64,000 nt of DNA from a bacterium (GTDB taxonomy: Bacteria; SM23-31), in contig OZ252239.1 in assembly GCA_965249485.1 (NCBI GenBank), forward strand, positions 1,440,001 through 1,504,000, in the 5' to 3' direction. Below the pieces are notes generated by a model. It had not been told where the DNA came from, made no database searches, and was given only the letters and a program-made list of their open reading frames with translations. A program made the translations under genes and the position numbers. This document shows, in pieces, positions 54,274 through 63,813 of the stretch. Numbering within the stretch: position 1 is the stretch's first letter; the number at the start of each line of letters is the position of its first letter.

Positions 54274-54825
54274 TCACGTGTCATATTGTGTTGACAATTC
54301 CTGCCCAAGCTCTTTAAGTTTTTCTCGTTTATCGTTACCGAGCTTTTGTGAGTTAAACTCATTGAATTTTTCAAGCAGCCCGTCAACGAGATTTTCAGGA
54401 AGCTGGTTTGCAGCCATAGGGAAAAGAATGTTATCTTCTTTCAAAATATGATCTCTCAAAAGCACAATAAAATCACGAGCGGCATGAATTGCTTCTTCCT
54501 CTATTTCATCATTCCATTCATCTGATTCGCCTGCATTGCGCATAACTTGCACTTTTTCACGTCCGACACCATGCTCATAGAGCATAACTGCCACCGGACC
54601 CGCTTCTCTGTTGAAACCGCATTCGATCATCTCTTCGAAGAGAATGTCTTCTTCTTTACCGTGATGACACCGGTCGGCAAACTCCCGGAAAAACTCTGCA
54701 AATTTAATAAAATCTTTCCTGTCGGCCGTTTCGCCATCTTCGAGTTTGTCGGCAAATTGTTCTAAGCCAAACATCACCTTTTCTATCAATCTATGTTCTT
54801 CCATTAACATATCTATTGCACTCAT
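54274..54825 (-). CDS. Hemerythrin (HHE) domain protein
   Basis: EEH, HHGKEEDILF, EH..GR and HILKEDNILFP. Confidence 0.9.
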   Translation of the reverse strand: MSAIDMLMEEHRLIEKVMFGLEQFADKLEDGETADRKDFIKFAEFFREFADRCHHGKEEDILFEEMIECGFNREAGPVAVMLYEHGVGREKVQVMRNAGESDEWNDEIEEEAIHAARDFIVLLRDHILKEDNILFPMAANQLPENLVDGLLEKFNEFNSQKLGNDKREKLKELGQELSTQYDT

Positions 54826-54871
54826 AATATTTCTCCCGAATTAATATATATATTATAATGATATTTAAGTT

Positions 54872-55999
54872 TCATTTATATTCACTAATACTCCTTGGAT
54901 GATCAAGCGTATCGGTCTTCTGTGCGAGATCCCTGTATATATCCACAGAGGTTGTCCCATACCAGTAACCCGATATGCGTGCCATAGCCACACTGCCGAG
55001 AAAAAGAAACACAAAAAGAGCGGCATACCAGACCGGTTTGATAGTGAATCTGTTTTTGGGAGCTGAAAACGCCAGACAGTCTTTAACCGGACAGACCGCA
55101 ACACATTGCTGACATGCAAGGCATTCCTCAGAACCGATAGACGCAGACCGTGCAACCGGAAGATAACTTGGGCAAGCTTTTTCACACAGATCACAATCGA
55201 TACAGGTATCAGCGTTTCTTCGAATTTTTACCGGACTGAATTTTGAAGCAATTCCAATGAGCGCTCCATAGGGGCAAAGGTACCGGCACCAGAAATTTTT
55301 GAGAACTAAGGTAAGTAAGGTCAGGATTCCCAATATCGACCAGGTCATCTGAGATGGAGGTGCAAAATAGTCCAGCATCTTTATATCGGAGATTCGGTTA
55401 TAGTCACTCGTAATAAAAGTGAAGAGCGCACCTGTGCTCATACCCAGAATTGCATATAGAAAAAATCCGAGGAGGACGTATTTCAGGCTGCGAAGGACGA
55501 TATCGAGCCAGCGGGGCGGAATACAGCTAACACCTATTTTCTTCCCAAGTCGGGATATGAATTCCGAAATAGTGCCGATGGGGCACAGCCATGAACAAAA
55601 TCCACGTCTGATCAGAAAAGCTGAAATTATTGCAAAAGTCAGTAGAACGACTCCCGCAGGATGAATAGCAGTGACCATGCCGGTTTTTATCCAAAGCCAC
55701 AGCTCCATCAATGAACTGATTGGGAGAAATCCCTCAACACCTGGAGGTTTGTCGGTCATTACAACAGACTCCCCATTTCGGATGTTGTTAACAAACCGGA
55801 TATATTCCCACCCGATCCAGAGGATCAAAGCGGTGAAACCCAATTGGACAAACAGTCGGATTTTCAGCCAGTTATCTTTTTTAATCCGGTCGTTATTGCG
55901 CTCAAAATGCTTCCGCGCTTTTTTCCCGTACGCGCTGTCACTATGTGCTTGCAGCGCATCAGAATCTATTGTAACCTGATATGCTTTAGGATGTGCCAT
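54872..55999 (-). CDS. Polytopic 4Fe-4S ferredoxin membrane protein (NapH/MauN/YccM-like)
   Basis: TM helices; FCSWLCPIG and WCRYLCPYG; CIDCDLCEKACP and CLACQQCVAVCP. Confidence 0.88.
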   Translation of the reverse strand: MAHPKAYQVTIDSDALQAHSDSAYGKKARKHFERNNDRIKKDNWLKIRLFVQLGFTALILWIGWEYIRFVNNIRNGESVVMTDKPPGVEGFLPISSLMELWLWIKTGMVTAIHPAGVVLLTFAIISAFLIRRGFCSWLCPIGTISEFISRLGKKIGVSCIPPRWLDIVLRSLKYVLLGFFLYAILGMSTGALFTFITSDYNRISDIKMLDYFAPPSQMTWSILGILTLLTLVLKNFWCRYLCPYGALIGIASKFSPVKIRRNADTCIDCDLCEKACPSYLPVARSASIGSEECLACQQCVAVCPVKDCLAFSAPKNRFTIKPVWYAALFVFLFLGSVAMARISGYWYGTTSVDIYRDLAQKTDTLDHPRSISEYK

Positions 56000-56210
56000 T
56001 TTGTTCTATTAACTTTAATTGTAATATAAAAAGGTCTGTTACTCTTTTTTTGGTGTAAAACACTCATTTTTCAGTCGTTTTATTTTTTCATTTTTAAGAA
56101 TTTTTAACTGTGAATTATTATACTTGCAAATCTGTGTAACAGGAAATATATTAACTTATAGAGAAATAACCGCCGATGTTAATCAGTCTCGTAATAGGTA
56201 CTTAGATAAT

Positions 56211-56226
56211 TACAATTCCCGTGCCA
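56211..56226 (-). promoter_or_regulatory. Putative sigma54 (-24/-12) promoter facing the 4Fe-4S gene
   Basis: Minus strand TGGCACG-GGAA-TTGTA versus consensus TGGCACG-N4-TTGCW; one mismatch, at the conserved -12 C. Confidence 0.45.
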
Positions 56227-56467
56227 AAAAATAGGCTGTTAACCTGAGAAACGGTTTAAAATGCATGTGTGCTGTACTGCAATTATCGATTTTTTTGCTC
56301 ACAGATGCTGAAATTAGACTAAAAGGACTCATTTATCGGTATATGGTGATTGAAAGAGAATAGGGGCAGTTCTTCATAAGCCATTCAGCGTGATGTACAC
56401 GGCTAACCAATTGCTAATACATAATAGTATGCATTTATAAAAATTCCACCTTATGCAGCTAGAGAAT

Positions 56468-56484
56468 CCGGCATACTTTTTGCG
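56468..56484 (+). promoter_or_regulatory. Putative sigma54 (-24/-12) promoter of the cytochrome operon
   Basis: CCGGCATACTTTTTGCG gives GG-N10-GC with TTGC, ~90 nt before the ATG at 56572. Confidence 0.6.
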
Positions 56485-56571
56485 ATGTAAAAAAACTATA
56501 TTATTTGCCGGGATATTTACTATATCTTAGAATAGAATGAATCGTGGTCCAAACGGAATCAGGAGGATACA

Positions 56572-57153
56572 ATGAAGCTCATAAAAATAGTTTCACTAAT
56601 AATGTTAATGGTTATTGTGGCTGCAAATACTCTCTTTGCTCAAAAGACTGCCCAATATACAGGTGTAGCAAAATGCAGAGCGTGCCATATGTCCGCCGCT
56701 AAAGGCGCACAATTCAAGATATGGCAGGAAGGACCGCATGCCAGGGCATTTGAAACACTTGGAACTGATGCTGCAAAAGCCGCCGCTTCAAAAGCAGGTA
56801 TTGAAGGAAATCCTCAAGAAGCGGGTGAGTGTCTCGTGTGCCACCAAACGGCATATGGCGTGAGTGAAGATTTGCTTGCCAAAGGATACAAAACTGCGAC
56901 TGGCGTTGAGTGTGAATCGTGCCACGGCCCCGGAAGTCTCTACCGGGTTGCGTCGGTTATGAATGCAAAGAAATATGCCGCCGATCCGGAAGGCATGCTC
57001 GCACAATGGAAAGAGCTCGGTCTTGTAATTCCTACAGAAGAAAATTGTGTTGTATGTCATAACGAAAAAAGTCCGTCCTTTAAGGGGTTTGATTTCGATG
57101 AGTCTTTTGCAAAGATTCAACATCCGAATCCGAAAAAATCTTTAAAACAATAA
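56572..57153 (+). CDS. Periplasmic tetraheme cytochrome c (c554-like family)
   Basis: Signal peptide; CRACH, CLVCH, CESCH(GPGS) and CVVCH; AGGAGG RBS. Confidence 0.9.
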   Translation: MKLIKIVSLIMLMVIVAANTLFAQKTAQYTGVAKCRACHMSAAKGAQFKIWQEGPHARAFETLGTDAAKAAASKAGIEGNPQEAGECLVCHQTAYGVSEDLLAKGYKTATGVECESCHGPGSLYRVASVMNAKKYAADPEGMLAQWKELGLVIPTEENCVVCHNEKSPSFKGFDFDESFAKIQHPNPKKSLKQ

Positions 57154-57371
57154 TTTCTATACACATTACATAAAGCAGATTTACTTCGAAATTCATAGTG
57201 AATTGAATCGGATTTGTAACTATTGAAAGTATTGTTGTTTAGTATAAAGCCATGCTGAATAACTAAATCTATAAAGTTACTCATTACAGTACAAAATTGT
57301 TTGTATGAATACAGTTTGTCTTGGGATGTAGCGAAATTTAATTGCGAATAGAATTGAAAAAGGCACGACTG

Positions 57372-58460
57372 ATGACAGGCTTTACTCAGCGTACAGTTTC
57401 TTACCTGATACTATTAATCCTTCTCGTTGCAATCGGTTGCAGTGAATTGCGTGATGAGATACCGATCGTTCCGGTTACTCCGGTAACGTATGAGGCTGAT
57501 GTCAAACAGATACTTGACACGCAGTGTGTATCATGTCACAGCGGCACAACTCCACCCGGAGATTATAACCTCAGCACATTAATAGGAATTCTCGACAGCG
57601 GAACAGACAATATTGCCAACGCAATTCCGGGTATTGCCGCGAGCCTGCTCTTGCAGAAAGTAGGCTCGGCAGGGACAATGAATCAGTACATTGGCTCTAC
57701 AGAGAATGAAGCTGCTCTAACTGCATGGGTGGTCGACAACAAACTGGGTATTGGAGAACCGGTTGAACATTCTCGGGGCTGGTTGGATCCAACTGACGTA
57801 GATTTCCATGGAAAATATTTGCAGAGTAACAATTTTGAACTTGCTGCCTGCCGTGATTGTCACGGTGCAGATTATGCCGGGGGAATTTCCGGAAATTCAT
57901 GCCTGGTTTGCCATGAAAGTTCTCCCGAAGACTGTTCGACGTGTCATGGACGGAGTTTTAATCCGTCCGGTGCACCCCCGAAAGATATTGCAGGAAATGT
58001 TTCGACAACGAATAGAACCGTCGGAGCGCATGCAACTCATCTTGCAGGCGGAGAGTTTTCACGGCCTGTTGAATGTTCAGAATGTCATGATGTTCCGATA
58101 GCGGTTGTTGCTGAAGGCCACATCGATGATTCACCGCATGCCGAGCTGAATTTCGGATCACTGGCATCCAATCTTGGTACAGATCCAAAATTCAATGATG
58201 ATTTCACCTGTTCTAATGTTTATTGCCACGGTGAGTTTTCTGTGGGCAGTAATGAAAATAATCCGGATTGGACAAAAGTAGATGAGGGAATTGCCGGGTG
58301 CGGTACGCGTCACGGATTGCCACCGAGCGGACAGACACGAAACGGTATCTCACATCCTGATGTATTCAATTGCAGTATTTGCCACAGCTCGGTCGTTTCA
58401 ACAAATTTCCCGATTATTTCGGATAGAACTAAACATATTAACGGTACAATCGACTTTTAG
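57372..58460 (+). CDS. Lipoprotein multiheme cytochrome c with CxxxxCH/CxxCH-type C-terminal region
   Basis: VAIGC lipobox; CVSCH, CRDCH, CLVCH, CSTCH, CSECH, CSNVYCH and CSICH, plus degenerate CGTRH; ends HINGTIDF. Confidence 0.88.
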   Translation: MTGFTQRTVSYLILLILLVAIGCSELRDEIPIVPVTPVTYEADVKQILDTQCVSCHSGTTPPGDYNLSTLIGILDSGTDNIANAIPGIAASLLLQKVGSAGTMNQYIGSTENEAALTAWVVDNKLGIGEPVEHSRGWLDPTDVDFHGKYLQSNNFELAACRDCHGADYAGGISGNSCLVCHESSPEDCSTCHGRSFNPSGAPPKDIAGNVSTTNRTVGAHATHLAGGEFSRPVECSECHDVPIAVVAEGHIDDSPHAELNFGSLASNLGTDPKFNDDFTCSNVYCHGEFSVGSNENNPDWTKVDEGIAGCGTRHGLPPSGQTRNGISHPDVFNCSICHSSVVSTNFPIISDRTKHINGTIDF

Positions 58461-58463
58461 CTT

Positions 58464-59780
58464 ATGAATACCGGCAGCCACCATAAAATGATCATCAGAC
58501 TCTGCCTCATTAGCCTTATTACACTGAGTGCTGTTCAGGTATGGGCACAGTCCATTAACGGTCGTTTCTATACCTCTTTTTACTCCTGGGAACGAGAGGT
58601 GTTCGGCGAAGACCCATCGAAGCATTTTCAGACATATTCTGGTGCAATTGTACATGTAAAAAAGCTGGGGCATAAGAACTTATCATTTCATACAAATGTC
58701 CGGTTTTCGAAAGACCTTGCATCAAATGAGTTTTCTTTGAGAAATAAACTGTATAATGCTTATTTCGAGTGGAAAGACCTTTTCAACAACAAAGTTGATA
58801 TATCATTCGGGCGGAAGTTTGTCTGGGCAGGTGTCGGAAACGGCACAATTGACGGTGGTAAAATAGAGGTCTCACTGAACAAATAGGGAACCGTCGGAAC
58901 CTACATCGGAACTTTAACCCCCCTGCGGGAATCTTGGAAAGTCGACGCATGGGCCGAGAGCCACATGATTGGAGCTTATTACAAAAACCGTTTGCTGGGC
59001 ACCGATTATCAGTTGAGTTGGGTACGGAAGAACCGAAAACCGGTTTCGTACAAAGTACCCGGACAGTTTACCGAAAAAACGATCACTTTATCATCACTTC
59101 AAGGACAGCTTGTTGGTCTTGATGTCTCACGAAGTCTTACAGATAAACTCACACTGTTTATCAGGGCTGAGGGAACAATTCTCAATCAGGAAGAAAAGAA
59201 ATTAGACACTGACCGGTTTACTTTTGACCGGTTTGAAGCAAGTGCAGATTTTAAACCGAATAAAAAGATGATGTTTACTGGGCAATATTTTTTCCGGAAA
59301 CCGCGACAGAATCTGAATTCAATATTTTCGATATTCTCTAATTCCGACAGTCGTGAGCTCTGGTTCAATGTATTTGTCTATCCGATTTCATCGCTTTCAG
59401 TATTCGGTGGATGGGCAGCTGTAGATTATGATTATGACGACACAAACCGCTATAATGCCGGATTTGTATGGAAGTATATAACTGTCAGTGCGAATAAATT
59501 CAAGGGCTATAGTGGTGACATGGATAATATTACCGGTTCGTTGCAAGTTCCGGTACGTAGTAACCTTTGGGTGCGCGGCTCTCTGAGCAGCGGCAGATAC
59601 AAGCTATATGAAGATGCCGCAGACTATAATAATATGGTTACATCTTCGTTTGGCGCAACATTTACACCGCGCAAGACATTTACTATCGATATAGAAGGAC
59701 AGGGTATCAGAAACGAACTGTCTTCGAGTGATTTCAGGTTATTTGGAAGGATTAATTACTGGTTTTTCACAAAACGGTAA
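58464..59780 (+). CDS. Putative outer-membrane beta-barrel protein, split by one in-frame TAG (58884-58886)
   Basis: ORFs 58464..58886 and 58965..59780 share a frame with no other stop (LNK*GTVGTYIG...). Signal peptide, alternating amphipathic strands and an aromatic terminal strand FGRINYWFF. Confidence 0.75.
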
Positions 59781-59801
59781 ACTGACCGTCAGGAAATATA
59801 T

Positions 59802-60994
59802 ATGGTTCACTTCAGAGTTCGAAAATGTCACGATGTATTCCGCTTGATGGTAGTACTGGTTACGACGTTGGTTTTTACCGCTCAGGCCTCTGCCCAGGAA
59901 ACTCGGGAAGACTTCTTTAAATTTTCACACCAGTTCCATTATTGACGGTCTGGGATCCGAATGTATTGACTGCCATGGCGAAATAGCACAAAGTCGGTTC
60001 TCATCAGACCGTGTCATTCCTGGACATACAGAGTGTTTCGAATGCCATGACGGAGATATGGCACGTGATGATTGCACCGTGTGCCACTACGATGAAGACA
60101 ACATAGAATTGTCACCATCGGTCGATCGCGAATATCTTTTTAATCATGAACTCCATCTTGAGCAAGATGATGTGGAATGCTCATTCTGCCATGTAGGAAT
60201 AGAAGAAGCAGGCTATGCCTCTGCAGCGAATATGCCTGATATGGCAAGCTGTGTTCAGTGTCATAACAATACGGAATCACCGCAAAACTGTGAGTACTGC
60301 CATACGGAGCTTGCAACACTCCGGCCGGTTACGCATACACCGGTTTGGATTAACCGCCATGACGAAGTTGTGCGTTCAACCTCCGAAGATTGCACAATTT
60401 GTCACCAGGTAAATTACTGTCAAGAATGTCATGACGGAGCACAATTGGTGAAATCTGGTCAGGGAATTATATCAAATGTGCCGCCTGATGCTCAACAAAA
60501 TTGGAATATCAACAACATGACACTGCAAAGGAACCATTCACTGAATTATCTTTATATCCATCCGATTTTAAGCCCGGAATAATCCGCAGCGGTGTCAAAC
60601 ATGTCACGATAGTGAAGTATTTTGTAATACCTGCCACGATTCTTCGGATAATGCCCAAAGTATTAAGCCCCCATGGCATGGTGGTGCTGATTGGGCCGCT
60701 ATAGCGCTTGGTATCGGCAGTGGGGGTGGGAGGCATGCCCGGCTTGCGAAGCAGGATGTATCACTCTGTGCATCATGCCACGATGCAAACGGAGAAGATC
60801 CTGCTTGTCTTCTATGTCATATGGACCGCAATCCGGGAAGAAATAACGATTTAAGGACCCATTCTAATAATCTGATGAAAAATGTCCGGGGCCCATGGCA
60901 TGATGATGAATCGAATATGTGTTTCACGTGTCATGTTAATGCACAGGCAAACTTACCAACATCATTCTGTGCATATTGCCACGCTCCCAGATAG
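59802..60994 (+). CDS. 14-heme c-type cytochrome (c3/c7-like repeats) with +1 frameshifts near 59940 and 60571
   Basis: Manual translation gives a signal peptide and FSHQFH, then CIDCH, CFECH, CTVCH, CSFCH, CVQCH, CEYCH, CTICH, CQECH, CQTCH, CNTCH, CASCH, CLLCH, CFTCH and CAYCH. Confidence 0.85.
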
Positions 60995-61010
60995 TGGATT
61001 AGATCAAACT

Positions 61011-61054
61011 TACCAATAAAAAAAGCAGGCACTAGCCTGCTTTTTTTATTGGTA
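61011..61054. terminator. Bidirectional intrinsic terminator
   Basis: Perfect 20-bp inverted repeat TACCAATAAAAAAAGCAGGC-ACTA-GCCTGCTTTTTTTATTGGTA between convergent operons. Confidence 0.9.
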
Positions 61055-61104
61055 CATTATATGTGTAAGTAATATATATAGTAACAGAAAAATCAATTAC
61101 GCCA

Positions 61105-61668
61105 TTAATCTCTATTTTTATTTTTCTGCCATGTTGCGAACGGAATATTCTCATTTAATGCTTCCGACGAAACATATTGCAGCACATCGGTAAAGAGAGG
61201 TGCTTCGACATAGCCAGGTAATAGAGTAATAGGTTTGCCATCGGAGCCAAGAAAAATGGTGGTTGGATAACCGGTAACACCCATATTTGCAGTCCATTGG
61301 CGTTTCGTAATGGATTTACCGTTAAAAACTATAACATCATCCGATTCGGCGTTGAGCTTGACTGGGATATAATATTTACTGATTAATTCGATTATAGTAT
61401 CATTGGAGTATACATTTTTATCCATTTCTTTACACCAATGGCACCAATCAGTAAACACATCTACGAGAATAAGTTTGTTCTCGCTTGAAGCTCTTTTCAT
61501 CCCTTCATCGAAACCGATCCAGGCAAGTTCATCTTCATTAGCGGCGTATCCATCTGCTACTGGATTGTCTGCGGATTGGACCTGCGCATTGTATGATAAA
61601 ATTGCAGTAAAACCAATCGCCGCAAATACAAGAATTACATAACGAAGTTTGCCATTATTTATTATCAC
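61105..61668 (-). CDS. Exported thioredoxin-fold protein (SoxW-like)
   Basis: N-terminal signal/anchor; DVFTDWCHWCKEMD; GYPT cis-Pro loop. Confidence 0.85.
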   Translation of the reverse strand: MIINNGKLRYVILVFAAIGFTAILSYNAQVQSADNPVADGYAANEDELAWIGFDEGMKRASSENKLILVDVFTDWCHWCKEMDKNVYSNDTIIELISKYYIPVKLNAESDDVIVFNGKSITKRQWTANMGVTGYPTTIFLGSDGKPITLLPGYVEAPLFTDVLQYVSSEALNENIPFATWQKNKNRD

Positions 61669-61683
61669 AAAAAGCCTTTCATG

Positions 61684-62010
61684 TTACGCTATTACCGTGT
61701 CAACCATACCGGCAATCTGTTTTTTCGGCACTGCTCCAACAATCTGGTCTGCCACTTTGCCGTCTTTGAAAAACACTATCGAAGGGATACTGCGTATCTG
61801 ATAGGTCGATGCGATATTCGGATTGGAGTCTACATCGACTTTTCCAACTTTTAGTTTTCCTTCATATTCAGAAGCTAATTCTTCGATTGACGGAGCGATC
61901 ATTTTGCAGGGCGCACACCATTCAGCCCAGAAATCCACAAGTACTGGAACTGATGAATTCAGAACTTCCTCGTCAAAGTTACCGTCAGTAAATGTAATAG
62001 TATTAGCCAT
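61684..62010 (-). CDS. trxA: Thioredoxin
   Basis: [18 protein letters not shown] and IRSIP. Confidence 0.95.
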   Translation of the reverse strand: MANTITFTDGNFDEEVLNSSVPVLVDFWAEWCAPCKMIAPSIEELASEYEGKLKVGKVDVDSNPNIASTYQIRSIPSIVFFKDGKVADQIVGAVPKKQIAGMVDTVIA

Positions 62011-62179
62011 AAAATCCTCCTCACATACAGAGCGTCATCATCATAATGTCCGCTTAATTAGAACGTAAAACATTTTTTGATAGTTCCATGATTATTATAA
62101 CTATAAATGTAAAGTTGAATCATCAAAAATTCAATTACTTTTTCGAATAAAATTGTCTGCTCATGTAAAGGTCAATATG

Positions 62180-63520
62180 CTAAGCTGAATATATTCCTTC
62201 AATGAGCTTTTGTGCTTTTTCGGCAAGTTTGTCTAAATTGAAAGAAGATTGTGCTCCGGTACCCATTTCTTTTATTGTAATAGAATTTGCTTTCTTCTCA
62301 TCATCACCAAAAATCAAGACAAAAGGTATATGCTTTTTATCTGCATAGCTGAATTGTTTTTTCATTCTATCGGGACGATAATAGAATTCGGTGCGGATTC
62401 CTCCACTCCTGAGCAATTGTGTTATGCGCAGGCAGTCGTCTCGTAATGATTCATTGAAATAACACACAAGAAAATCGGAATCGGACTGCCGAAGGAAATC
62501 GGTACTTGCACTATTCTGTAAAACCGAATGAATCCTGTCTAATCCGAAGGATGTACCAACTGCCGGAATCGAATCTTTTGAAAACAAACCGACCAGATCG
62601 TCATATCTGCCACCCCCGGCAATAGAGCCGATCTCAGGGTGTGAAGGCAGAACCACTTCATATATAGGACCTGTATAGTAATCAAGGCCGCGGGCAAGAG
62701 TGAAATCGAATTCGACATTTTCTTTCTCAATGCCCATTGTGGCAAGGGCGGAATATATTGTACTTATTTCTTCAATTCCAACTTCAAGTAATTCCGAATT
62801 CGGAACGGCAGTTTTTATAAACTCTAGTGCATTTGAGTTCTGTTTCCGTTCATGCAGTATACTCGTAATACGTTGAACCGCCTCTTGAGGAAATCCTTTC
62901 TGATGCAGTTCATGCTCGACAACCTGCAGCCCCTCTTTCTCGAGTTTATCGATAGATCTGCACACATCCTGTTCAGCGTTATTGTCAAATCCTGATCCGG
63001 TTATGAGCCCGCTGAGAATCTTTCTGCTGTTGATGCGGATCAGAAAGTGTCCGATATGAAGTTCATCAAATATATCTGCCATCAGAGCAACGATCTCTGC
63101 ATCGGCAAGAATTTCATACGAACCGACGATATCGACATCGCATTGGTAAAACTCGCGGTACCTACCCCGTTTTAATTGCGGATTGTCCGCCCGCCAAACA
63201 GGTTGAATCTGATACCGCTTAAACGGTTTCGGGAGATGCGGATTCATCGCTACAACTCGGGCTAGTGGAACGGTCAGATCGTATCGGAGTGCGAGCTCTT
63301 TTCCGCCTTTATAAGCAAGCGGATAGAGTAGTTTATCGGCTTCATCACCGTACTTACCTGATAGTATGTCAAGAAATTCAACAGCCGGAGTCTCCAAGGG
63401 AGCAAATCCATAGCGTGTGAATACCGATTTCATAATTGCGATAATATGTTCCCTGATTCTCATGTCATCAGGGAGGAGGTCCCTCGTCCCTTTAAATGTT
63501 CGTGGTGTTATTTCAGGCAT
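62180..63520 (-). CDS. hisS: Histidine--tRNA ligase
   Basis: KGTRD, LRYDLTVP, RYREFYQCD, ARGLDYYTG, GGGRYD, GLDRI. Confidence 0.96.
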   Translation of the reverse strand: MPEITPRTFKGTRDLLPDDMRIREHIIAIMKSVFTRYGFAPLETPAVEFLDILSGKYGDEADKLLYPLAYKGGKELALRYDLTVPLARVVAMNPHLPKPFKRYQIQPVWRADNPQLKRGRYREFYQCDVDIVGSYEILADAEIVALMADIFDELHIGHFLIRINSRKILSGLITGSGFDNNAEQDVCRSIDKLEKEGLQVVEHELHQKGFPQEAVQRITSILHERKQNSNALEFIKTAVPNSELLEVGIEEISTIYSALATMGIEKENVEFDFTLARGLDYYTGPIYEVVLPSHPEIGSIAGGGRYDDLVGLFSKDSIPAVGTSFGLDRIHSVLQNSASTDFLRQSDSDFLVCYFNESLRDDCLRITQLLRSGGIRTEFYYRPDRMKKQFSYADKKHIPFVLIFGDDEKKANSITIKEMGTGAQSSFNLDKLAEKAQKLIEGIYSA

Positions 63521-63660
63521 AATTTCCTTTGAACTGCAAAAGCATAGATGATCAATTGAGTAAGATATTTTAAGATCCGCTTTACCGGTTCACATACAAG
63601 GAAAAAGCATGTTTCTGCATTGTAGTGAATGCTTAATGTAATAAATAAATTGGTATTTAT

Positions 63661-63693
63661 AAATAAAAAACAGACCGGGTAGAAGTGGTCTGT
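63661..63693 (-). terminator. Intrinsic terminator downstream of flgM
   Basis: Minus strand ACAGACC-N10-GGTCTGT followed by TTTTTATTT. Confidence 0.6.
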
Positions 63694-63813
63694 GAGAGGG
63701 GAAATGTGAATGGTAAAAAATAATTTAAGAAGATTTAATGCTAATAGGGTACACCGATGATATGACTCCTATTATAATTAAAAAGATATATGTTCGCTAA
63801 TGCTAAACAACCG

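Noticed and set aside
56572..60994. Labelling the cluster mtrCAB, nrf or hao
   Set aside because: Heme counts, barrel size and motifs do not match: no decaheme MtrA/MtrC pattern, no CxxCK, no octaheme catalytic subunit. No gene symbols were assigned.
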